Shown here piece after piece: positions 53,794-64,000 of a stretch of DNA of 64,000 nt. The notes under the pieces were generated by a model, which made no database searches, was not told the DNA's origin, and saw nothing but the letters and a program-made list of their open reading frames with translations. Each line of letters begins with the position of its first letter. The stretch's first letter is position 1. Source of the stretch: Octopus sinensis (Eukaryota); the NCBI RefSeq assembly GCF_006345805.1, contig NC_043008.1:47554001-47618000 (forward strand), written 5' to 3'. Made by a program: the position numbers and the translations under genes.

Positions 53794-54986
53794 AGTTCTA
53801 ATGAATTAGAATACAGAGGGTTACTTACTGCTCGAAAGTTTTTGCTTTCTCCTCCTTGGTTTGTCCTCGAGAAGATCCCAGTACAGTTTCTTTGTGAGAT
53901 ATTTTTGGCATTTACCAACCGCACTGGGGAAATGCCTTTGAGTGTGTGGTGCAGACTTTTGGAGATGTGTATTATTTTGATGTGGTCTGGTGGTGTTGTG
54001 TATGGGTGGTTGTTTGTTTTTATGTCATCTTCTGTTATGTTTGTTTTTGATTGGATGTATTCCATCAAATTTGTGTTTTTGGTGTCTATGGCTGTGAGCA
54101 TGTTTGCTGTATATGTTTTTGTGGTGTTGGTGTGGCTGTTGTTTGCGTTGGGTTTTGAAATGTCTTCGGGAGATGTATTTCCCCCTGCTTTGTTCGTGTT
54201 TGCATTTGGTTTGGTTGTGTTTCTGCTCTTTATTTTCCTTCTTTTTGTAGCTATTTGCCATTCCTCACTGGTTTCGTCTTCCGACGAAATGTCTGAGGAA
54301 TCAGAAGGGGGTAGGGGTATGTTGTGGGCTTCTATGTATGTCTGTGTAAGTGGTTGTGTTGTTGTTTTCGTTGTTGTTGGTTGTTGAGTGTTTGTGTGTG
54401 TTGAGTGCGGTATAAGGGATGGGGGATCAGTTTGTGTGTGTTTTCTTTGTTTTTCTGTTCCTTTGGGTTTTGCTGTTGATGGTAGTGTTGGTATTTTTCC
54501 AGGTGTCGAGTGGTTTTCGGTTGATGACGGATTAGCTTGGTGTGCTTCTCTTGTCGTCTTCTGTGTTGATGGTGTGTGGGTAGTAGAGCTTTTTTTCCGG
54601 AGTGCTTTGGGGTTGGGTAGTGGTTGTTGTTGTTGCTCTTGGTGTGCAGTGGTTGGGCACGTCTTTTTCAAGTGTGTTTCGCTTCCACACAAATAGCAGC
54701 GTAGTCGCCTGCCCTCTACCACTATATAGAGTTTGTAGCCTCCTGGCAGTTCTATAGCGGTGGGTATCTTCTCTCTTGCTGCTTCATCCAATTGAAGCAG
54801 GAATTCGATTGATTTGCCCACATAGTCTTTCTCTCCTAGAACCGCGATTTCCAGGATGTTTGTCTCTGACATTGTCTCTGACATTTCAAAGCAGATGGCA
54901 GAGACCACCCATTGTGTTTCGACATCAAATGGTATGTTTTTTATTTGGACTTTCGTGACCCTTTTGTTTAAATAGACTGGTATCAT
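53790..54986 (-). CDS. LINE ORF1p (398 aa; RRM-like N-terminus, CCHC zinc knuckle, long T/N/P-rich tail)
   Basis: Open frame from MIPVYLNKRVTKVQIKNIP, containing RCYLCGSETHLKKTCP. The 39 extra N-terminal residues in the track ORF read through a neighbouring 3' UTR copy. Confidence 0.85.
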   Translation of the reverse strand: MIPVYLNKRVTKVQIKNIPFDVETQWVVSAICFEMSETMSETNILEIAVLGEKDYVGKSIEFLLQLDEAAREKIPTAIELPGGYKLYIVVEGRRLRCYLCGSETHLKKTCPTTAHQEQQQQPLPNPKALRKKSSTTHTPSTQKTTREAHQANPSSTENHSTPGKIPTLPSTAKPKGTEKQRKHTQTDPPSLIPHSTHTNTQQPTTTKTTTQPLTQTYIEAHNIPLPPSDSSDISSEDETSEEWQIATKRRKIKSRNTTKPNANTNKAGGNTSPEDISKPNANNSHTNTTKTYTANMLTAIDTKNTNLMEYIQSKTNITEDDIKTNNHPYTTPPDHIKIIHISKSLHHTLKGISPVRLVNAKNISQRNCTGIFSRTNQGGESKNFRAVSNPLYSNSLEL

Positions 54987-55010
54987 TACCAAGTCGTAGA
55001 TAGATAGATA

Positions 55011-55420
55011 AGTTTCTTTATTGGCCACACAGGGCTGCACACAGATGGGACAAGTTACAAGGTAGAGTTTTTCTTTTGGGGGATGAAAAAAACAAAAAAA
55101 CATAAGAAAGAAAAAAAAAGGGGGAAGAAAAGAACAAAAAAACTTTTTTTTTTAATAAAAATAAATAAAATAAAAAATAAAAAGAATAAAAGAAAAAAAA
55201 TGAAAAGGAAAAGGAACAAAAGAAAAGAGAAATGAAAAAAGAAGAAAAAAGGGGAAAAAAGGGGAAGAGGAAAAAAAAGAACGATCAATAGGGATCGTGT
55301 ATCACAGTGTTATGATATATGGTGTAAATGGGAAAGCAAGTAAGGTTTATCCGTGGGAAGAAAAGCCTACGAAAAAGACCACGGTAACCTTGGTCAATAT
55401 TGTTATATTTTACCACATTT
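55011..55420 (-). mobile_element. Second, diverged copy of the LINE 3' UTR (solo/5'-truncated copy) directly upstream of ORF1
   Basis: gtttctttatt(a/g)gccacacagggctgcacacagat... and gaaaagcct..gaaaa(a)gaccacggtaacct.ggtcaat are shared with 49960-50277. Bounded by (GATA)n at 54997-55010 and 55423-55472. Confidence 0.88.
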
Positions 55421-55422
55421 GT

Positions 55423-55472
<50 letters not shown>

Positions 55473-57445
55473 TTCTCAGAAAGGGAAAGAATGTTTGAGA
55501 TTTGGAAGATCTAAAATGTGGTCTGGATGTAAAAATTTCGAAAAGAGTAATGCAGAAGTGGAGGATGTTGACGTCATCAGAAATTGATACATAAACTCTT
55601 ATAGCAGAAGCTAGTCTGGTGTTAAAAGGGACTGTCAAAGAGAATGGAGCATTAGAGAAATAATGGAATGAATGACAGAAGAGGGTTTGAACATTCATAG
55701 AGTGTTGTGAGGGTAATTAGCTATGGTTGAAGTAATAGGTAAGACAAGTTGGAAAGAGGTGAAAGGCGTTTATTGACGACACAAGCGACAGACACAGGCA
55801 AACAGATATTCGTAGTAGTGTTTCCACACTAACATGAGCATAACTGACGAAGGTGAATAATGTTTCAGAAATTGCGTTTTATTGAGACTGAGTGTTGCGA
55901 AATTGCTTTGGCTGCCATGTTGAAATATGTTTGCAATTCCTGTTCAACAAAAGAAGAGGAAGAATATAGTTTCAATCTCTTCAATAGTGCAAAACTGACA
56001 TTTTTTTTTTTACCATTCTATGACTTAGAGAACGGTAGAACTTTCTATGTGATATTAACTAACTCAAAACTTTTCGGAAACGCAATATGAGAAGAGAAAT
56101 TTGCAGAGTAATTTCTATTGAAGCATGTAAATATATAGTTGTGTTAATAGAATCGCTTTTGAGGATGTTGTTAGTGAATTCGATGTATGAGGAGAAAGAT
56201 AAGCTTGTGTTTACAGTGGTACGACGATTTCAATGGAGAGAGAAAAAATAAAAATGTGTTTTCCAGTTAAGGCTGAAACTAATATTACCGTAAGAAGGTT
56301 AGGATTAAGTGTAACACAATCGAATATTACGAATCTGAAATCAAAGTTATGGGTCTTAGAGTAGAAGAGCTTGCGTAGAGTTTCCAAGCTTTAGTAGATA
56401 CTATGATTATGAGAGAAGTGTTTGGGTATAAAATCGAACAGAATTTTAGTTATTGGTCCATTTATGGAGGATGAGAAGTTTTACTTGAACTACAATGAAA
56501 TCACCTTTCTTACACATCGAAAATATGGATTGAATGAGAGATTGAAGTGTAATCGAAAATTGACTTTATATTGATCAATATATAACAGAAACTGAATTCT
56601 CTGAAATGGATTCTGTCACAAGGAAAATGAAAGGTTTGAGAAAATATTTTTACGTTTGAATTTCTATGGGTTCTTAGCTAACGCCTTTCTCTTATTCTTT
56701 GTGTCTCGCCCTCTCATTAATCAATGAAATAAAGAACATTATTTTCTCAACTTTATAAATTGTATTCATCCTCACACATTCTCGAACTTAAGCAAAAGTA
56801 ATACACGCTAAACACTCTGAAGAATCAGTGAAGCCACTAAAGCTTTGGAGAAGGGCATACTCACCACGACATCATTTCATTTTTAAAATATACCTTTGTG
56901 CGTTTGCGAACATTATGCTACGTTTCGTACACAACAAAATATGAACAAAACTTATAAAAGTAACTAGAAATCTCTACTTTAAAATCAGTTAGCAATTATC
57001 TAAGTACTGAATAATTAATAATGAAATATAATAAATTGCAAAGTTGTTAAAGTGCCGAAGAAACGTCTTAAGTTTGGGCGGAATCTTATATAATTATATA
57101 TTGCGAATTTCCATTAAGCAACTTATAATAAAGTGATATCAAGTATGTATATTTATTTTATGCTATGAAATGTATAAGGATTCTGTGAACGGTGTTTGTG
57201 TGGGTTTCTATAATCTCATTCATTATGTTAGAGTCGTAGATAGTAATTAAATATATAAATATAGTTTCTCGGTTTTTGATGATATTTCAATGGCCTTAAT
57301 GTGACGACAATGATAGCATTGATATCATTTCTAGAGGGGTGAATAGTGCAGACCTATGTGTACAGAATTTATTCCACATACGACAATAAAATACAGTAGG
57401 ACCTCGGTTTTTGAACAAGTCTGATCGAGAATATATCGTGCTTCT

Positions 57446-57485
<40 letters not shown>

Positions 57486-57486
57486 C

Positions 57487-57648
57487 GTAGGAGTTGGTGT
57501 GTGGTAAGTAGCTTTCTTACGAACCACACGGTTCCGGGTTCAGTCCTATTGGGTGGCACCTTGGGCAAGTGTCTTCTACTATAACCTCGAGTCAACCAAG
57601 GCCTTGTGAGTGGATTTGGTAGACGGAAACTGAAAAAGACCCGTAGTA

Positions 57649-57737
<89 letters not shown>

Positions 57738-57926
57738 GTGTGTGTTTATGTGTTTGTGTTTGTCCCCCCAACATCGTTTGACAAAGATGCTGGTGTTTAC
57801 GTCTCCGTAACTAAGAATTAGTACTAGGCTTACAAAGAATAAATCCTAGAGTCGATTTTTTCGACTAAAGACGATGCTCCAGCATGGCCACAGTAAAAGA
57901 CTGAAAGAAGTAAAAGACTAAAAGAG
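57487..57926 (+). mobile_element. tRNA-derived SINE family 1 (head, (TA)n(TG)n middle, tail)
   Basis: Head matches the 9097 copy; tail matches rc of 35870-36065 and 45765-45870. Confidence 0.8.
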
Positions 57927-57946
57927 TAATATATATATATATATAT

Positions 57947-58016
<70 letters not shown>

Positions 58017-58479
58017 GGATGGATGGATGGATGTATGTATGGATGGATGGATGGATGGATTGATGGATATGATCGGGAACTGTATGATTGGTAACTGGTC
58101 TGATAGAGTTCGTAGCAGCTGATCTTCCATGCTCGACTGGTCCACAATCGTCAAATGTAAAATGTTTTTACGTTTTCAAATCAATTTCTTTACATTAAAG
58201 TACCCGGATGTAAAGAAGTGGCAGATACTCTGCTCGACCAACAGGAAAACTCGTTTGCCAATATTTATCGCTGAGTTTATCTGAAATGCGTGTGTGTAAG
58301 TGTTGTTCGGGAGTGCGCATGCTCATATGCGTGTGTGTATGTATACATAGATAACATGATCTAATCATTTGTTGTACAAATAATCAATTAAGTTGTTTAG
58401 TTCTTTATACGCAGGTATAGTCGCCCCGTTTCTGTTGTCAGCTGTTATTCTGACATGCGTGTGTGCCTGTATGTGTGTC

Positions 58480-58515
<36 letters not shown>

Positions 58516-59790
58516 ATTTAAATTAGTAACGTGTATTTGTATTGTGCGCGTATGTTTGTATAGGATACGTCATTGGCTGCAACTATTTTCCTATTGTATT
58601 TTACGAGGAACAAATAAACCGAAGTCATCCAAGTTGTTTGGTGATTGTTTTGTTTTAGCTGAGAAACGTTTTGGTTGTCTGTCAACTCCAGACACCTTCG
58701 TTATGATTTGGAAACTTCGGAATACAATTCAATCTAGTAAAACACCAGGAGGCCATTCACAGTCGTCGCAACGCTAAAATATTTATAAAGAAATGAATAC
58801 GAACCGCATTACGTGATTATTATAAAATTTGATAGATTGTTAGAAAAGATCAATGAGGAGAAGTATTCGGTTCGAGACAACTTATTCGCGACAGTTTCCC
58901 AATTTGCTTCCAGCCATTTCACTTCGTTGATTATGTCTGCCATATAATATCATTGCCCTTAACTAGAAAAGTATTTTCCCTAAACAGAAGTAAAAAGAAA
59001 CAAAAGAAAAAACAAAATCCATGATACAAATGGGAGATGGGAGATGGGGTGAGAGAAACAATGGAGTCTCTCATCGGAACGGTGCCTCTAAAAGAATCGA
59101 TTGAAGCCTCTATAACACTACATTGTAATTTGTCTTATTTCATTGTACGAAGTCAATTTTAAAGAACTGATGCAAGTGTTGTGGTAAAAGAAATAGCAAC
59201 GAGAAGACTGTTAAAACATTTGCTTTCACAAACTATCTTCTTCCGTCCCTTTAGTTAAGCTGTCAATATTTTTAAGGAAAAGCATTGACACAAATCCTTA
59301 TATATAAATTTTTTCTTTAAATTATGCCAGCTTTGGATGTCTTGGGTCGACAATAATACATCCATTATTCCTCAGTGCTGAAACATATCGTCACAATTAT
59401 CAACAGTGTGACTAGATGGGAAAATATCTTCCATAAAATTCACGGCTTCTATGTATCTACTCTGTAAAACGTACTGCTTGTATATATATTGATAAATACA
59501 TGCGGCCCTGTCTATATCGAGAGGCCTCTATATATGCCTGTTGCATATGACATGCAGCCTCTAAATATGTATTTTGTTAAATATACGACCTCTATATATA
59601 TTGACCTTAAAATACACGGCTAAAAGAACCTGATGGCAGTTGTCTCGCTTCCTTATGACTTACTTTAAAGTGTTTTTAACATCAGGTGCATCGAGTATAT
59701 ATTGCATTACGCCTGAAACGCAGCCGACCCATGAACTGATAACACAGACACTTTGTGAATGTTGTATGTGTGTTCAATGTTTTTTTGTGA

Positions 59791-59829
<39 letters not shown>

Positions 59830-59875
59830 GTATGTATAGAGAGAGAGAGAGAGAGAGACAGAGAGAGACAGAGAC

Positions 59876-59928
<53 letters not shown>

Positions 59929-59929
59929 T

Positions 59930-59968
<39 letters not shown>

Positions 59969-60063
59969 TAATTATAATTATAATTAAGGGCACTGAAGAA
60001 ACAACACCTATATGCTAGAAATAGACGTCAAGTGAAACTAAATCACTTTGAATTTGGACTCCA

Positions 60064-60514
60064 TTAGCACAAGGTTTAATACGAGGAAAATGGATAAAAA
60101 AGATTTCGTAAAATTATTATATTTGCGTATACCTATATGGTTTTTATTATATGCTGGCCATTTATAAAATCATTCATTTTTGTGCTTTTATCCTTAATTA
60201 GGTATACATGTATATTTATTCACTCCAGTCACTTTATTTACTGCGGTATTATTCTGATCAAATACGCACGTGGTCGAGATGGATAATAGGATTTTGCTTC
60301 GCATATTCGTGTAAATATATGTATATATTCGTATTTACATGCGTGCATTTGTATGGCTGTGTATATTTGTTTTCATTTATGTACGTTCGGTATACCCCTA
60401 CTGATGAAAGTAGAGTATTTATTACTAAACCAGAAATCTGAAGACTTGGGGTTAACCATAACAATTTTAAGAAAACTTTTTTATCCATTTTCCTCGCATT
60501 CAACCTTGTGCTAA
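60064..60514. mobile_element. MITE with ~52-bp terminal inverted repeats
   Basis: 60064-60115 (ttagcacaaggtttaatacgaggaaaatggataaaaaag...) is the reverse complement of 60463-60514 with ~4 mismatches. Confidence 0.75.
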
Positions 60515-63061
60515 GGGAATGCAAATACTAAGTGGTTTGCAGTCATATATATATATATATATGGGGTAGGTGTATACACGTAAACAAAACAAAGCCAGCT
60601 TTAGTAGACTTTTTTACGCTGACGATATCCAATAAGACAGAAAGTTACCTGTGGTTAACTCCCTTGACTGCAAGCTTCGTGTTTTCCGGTTAAGATGTAA
60701 ATAAAATTATAGAGGTATATAGTGTATTTCTTGAAATGATCTTCGCTAGTTTTGAATGTTTTCTTCAGAGGATAATTTCAACCAATTGAAAATATTTTGC
60801 ATACGTAATTTACAGTATCACCTCTAAGTCACACATTCACATGCTTACACACACATAGATACACACTTACACACATAAACACAAACACATAAATGTATAC
60901 ATAATGTGTATTTGTGCTTGTGTTTTAAAGCAGATTTATGAATATCATGCTAACCTTTACTGAGGAACAGAGTCAATACTAAAAGTGAATTTAAATTTAT
61001 TGTAGAACCCCATTCAAACGAACGGTATGGCGTGTGTGAGTTTGTGAGTGTCTTTGTCTGTGTGCGTGTGTGGAGGGTTAAACACTGTAAAACTTTATTA
61101 CCTTGTCATATTCTTGTATAAGTTTACGGAAACGTGAGGGTAGGAAAACGCCAACTTGTTTTACTAAAATCCAAATTGCATAGTTTGCCAGAATCCTGAA
61201 AATATATACAGAGATAAAAAAATATAGAAAATATTTTTTATGTTTCAACGTATTTGATCAGTCGTTATCACAATATGTGTTACAGATTTACACTGAAATA
61301 AACTTGTGATCAATTTTATTATCTTCTGTTAACGGAGAGTAAGATATTTTAGAATTAATGTATTCCGAGAACAAATTCACAAATCAAAAAGTACTGATAA
61401 TATAATTAGGTATTAAATTATTCAAATGCTCGTATATTTTTTTCTCTTCTTTTTATATCTCCGCGTCTCTCATCTTCTTCCTCTCTTTCTCTCCATCTAT
61501 CTATCCTCCTTATCTCTCCGCTCTTTTATTTCCCTTTCGTTCTATTTGATTATCTAAGTTTATTGCCATTGCTTTCCTCTGTCTGTTTACAGAGCTGAAT
61601 ATCATTCATTTTCACATTCTCTGATATATATTACTCTACTAACGGACATACACAATCAAAAGAAAAGAAAAACAGAAGAAACGAAAACCGAAAATTTACC
61701 GTCATTACATTTGCGAGAAATTCTTTGTGAGTTATTCCCCCAGTATTTTGCAATTAAATACTATTTATTAGACGATTACAATATCGTAACACCATGAAAG
61801 TGACGTTTACTATCTTTTGTTGCAACATTAATACTTTATAGTTCAATAAAACGTAAATGAATCCACAAGAAATATAAACGAAAACGAGGAGTCGTTATTC
61901 TGGAGCTTATTGCACAGGTTTGAGGAATATCTGTGGAGAAATTTTCATTTTTTTTTTAAAGAAACCTTATTACTGGAAAATCCATAATTTATTACTAACA
62001 GTACAGCTCAGCTCTAATGAGTCACTTTATATTATTTACGAAGAAAATCAGCAGAATTCACAATTAGATTTGCTGACCAGCGCTGGCAAAAATACATTCC
62101 TAAATAATTACAAAATGTAGGGAACTGAAGCACAAGAATGGCACTAAAATGGCCAACATGCACACACCTTAGCAGTTTCTTATTAATTCATACTCTACAT
62201 ATTTACCATATTTGTTTAATTCTACATCGAATAAATTTCTTCATACGTCACATACCTCGTTTTTTTGGTTTCGTTTTGTTTTTTCGAATATTACGACAAC
62301 ATTGTTTAGAAACTGCATGCGATTGTTACACGTTTGTAATACAATTATTAATAACTTAATATTAGTAATACTATTAATGATAACTAAATATTACTAACAG
62401 AATTAGTGATAACTACATATTAGCAACACAATTAGAGATAATGCACTGTTAGCATCCTGTGTTTCGTGATCAACTTTTAGAATCTTCTTTGGTAAACTTT
62501 GGCGTTCGTTTCTAATGAAGTGACAAAAAAATTGTTGACGAACCTACATACAAAAGAATAATCCAGAACCACTGCCAGCAGCAGCAGCAACAAGATTCTA
62601 TTATGGAGACGTATTATATTCCTTGTTATTCTTTTGTCAGGTAGTCGGAAATTAACTCTGCATGTCACTTGAAGAGACGGCTAAGTGAAGGCGCGTGACA
62701 CATAAATTTATCGTCTCAGATATAATTTGTCTCCACCTAATTGAGGCCCATGCAATAAACTGGAAGAATGGTGTTGTAAGGGCACCTTTCTGCCACGCCT
62801 TTAATTTTCTCTGTCGTTTTCTCTGTATTTATAGTTAAAATTCATCACCTGAAAGTTTCCACCTTTTGCTTTTTCTCGTTTTACCTGTATACATATTATA
62901 GACATATTTTGTATCTGATGCCCAAACTGTTATGTTTAAAATATTTGATGTATCTAATTTGTTTATACACATAATTGATTCAATACCTCAACTTCATTCA
63001 TCTTATAGCCTTTATTTTCCTTGTGGAATGATCCCCTGAAAAGACATCGGAGTCTATGTAA

Positions 63062-63116
<55 letters not shown>

Positions 63117-63125
63117 ATATATATA

Positions 63126-63290
63126 GGGAGAGTTTACGAAAAAAACAAAAGACGAAGACAAGTGGTGTACAAAACAAACAGATGTATTAGTATAACGCTC
63201 AGGAATAGAAAAAAGTATTTTACGTTCCGAGCCTACGCTCTTCTACAGAAATGGACACAGAATAAACAAGGAGAGAAACAAGGAGAGAAA
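63126..63290 (-). mobile_element. Family B repeat (copy 3) with hammerhead-like motif at 63217-63252
   Basis: Reverse complement of 7144-7280; reads ATTT-CTGTAGA-A-GAGC-gtag-GCTC-GGAAC-GTA-AAAT. Confidence 0.75.
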
Positions 63291-64000
63291 AAGTCTGTAT
63301 ACGAAATTAAAATGACAAAAGAAGAAGAAATAATGTTACGAACTTCATTACCTTACAGCTGTTTCTGTTATAAGATGCAAACCATTCATATTTGAATGAT
63401 TTTGTATCACTCTAAAGCTTCATCGAAGCTTCAAAATGAAAGCGTTACGAACGAAAATGTAAATTTGTCTGCGTTGAATCGTAAATCTATTGTTTATTGG
63501 GTGATTTTGTAGCACTCAGATGTTTTGTGTATCTATATAGACGTTAACAGAGTAAAGAAAGCACTTTACATAGGCGAGATTAGTAGCAATTTGGATTATC
63601 GTTTCCAGAAAACTTTCCATGCTGCCCTTAAAATATGCAAATAGACATTATATCTATAGTCTTTCACCTGAATTCTGTGAGGCTCGAATTAAGACTAGGA
63701 ATTCTGTTCTGTAAATCATATGGATTTGGTGTTCATGTACTGGTTGACTATAAAAGACAGAACTGTCAGCAACTATCGACGACATTTTTTTAAAATACGC
63801 CGATATTTTAAAGAAATGTGTCTGGAGCGAAATACCTGTATGTAATTTCAGGATGAAAGCGTAAGATTTCAAGCAACAATGAGATCTTTTTTGAGACTGT
63901 GGTATGAATTAGTTTTTAAGCTAATTATCCAGAGATAAATGTAGCAATAAAGGAGCTATTTAGAACTGTAAATCTTATTAAAGCCAGGCAGTGAATATCT

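Larger units (their letters stand above)
49959..54996 (-). mobile_element. Near full-length L1/Tx1-like non-LTR retrotransposon
   Basis: ORF1 with CCHC knuckle; ORF2 with APE + RT + C-terminal CX2CX7HX4C; ~400-nt 3' UTR; (TATC)n at both junctions. Confidence 0.95.

Noticed and set aside
53740-54387. 215-aa hydrophobic plus-strand ORF and other plus-strand ORFs over 50320-54958
   Set aside because: Antisense shadows of LINE ORFs.
54987-55103. N-terminal 39 aa of the track's 437-aa ORF
   Set aside because: Same peptide appears in the 3' UTR at 49930-50030; it is read-through of the solo UTR copy, not ORF1.
49959-55420. LTR retrotransposon interpretation of the ~400-bp direct repeats
   Set aside because: Repeats are diverged, lack TG..CA/PBS/PPT, and the interior is an APE-RT LINE.
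55839-55885. CTGACGA...TGAA/TTCA-GAAA hammerhead-like match
   Set aside because: Three extra nucleotides before stem II, weak stems and no second copy; plausible by chance.
58800-58945. Minus-strand frame MADIINEVKWLEANWETVANKL
   Set aside because: Protein-like, but no compatible acceptor (in-frame stop just upstream) and no secure family match.
59660-59740. Possible M13 exon (ILDAPDVKNTLK|GTAAGT) on the minus strand
   Set aside because: Only AP(D/E)..LK resembles the expected upstream exon; length and flanking residues do not fit.
62477-62668. 63-aa ORF with a hydrophobic Leu run
   Set aside because: Leu run comes from a short (CAG/CAA) repeat; no splice or homology support.

Overview
AT-rich, microsatellite-saturated animal DNA; the repeat landscape looks like a coleoid cephalopod (Octopus-type), which is an inference. 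Only one host coding exon is supportable: a 129-bp phase-0/0 internal exon of an M13 (neprilysin/ECE-like) metallopeptidase on the minus strand (49079-49207). The rest is apparently intron or intergenic DNA filled with mobile elements. These include a 4.6-kb Penelope-like retroelement (PLE; RT + GIY-YIG, inverted terminal copy) and a near full-length L1/Tx1-like LINE (ORF1 + ORF2) whose junctions all lie in (GATA)n. There are also decayed mariners, an R4/Dong-like RT fragment, three tRNA-type SINE families and several fold-back MITEs. The most notable signal is about ten minimal type-I hammerhead-ribozyme-like motifs from at least four sequence families, carried on PLE ends. Several sit in fold-back insertions, show compensatory stem changes between copies, and include non-canonical cores (a G3:C8 swap and a U6 variant). 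A GC-rich island with diverged internal repeats fused to a PLE tail (19590-20496) remains unexplained. Nearly all long ORFs in the supplied track are microsatellite or antisense artefacts. All alignments and folds were done by eye; no searches were run.
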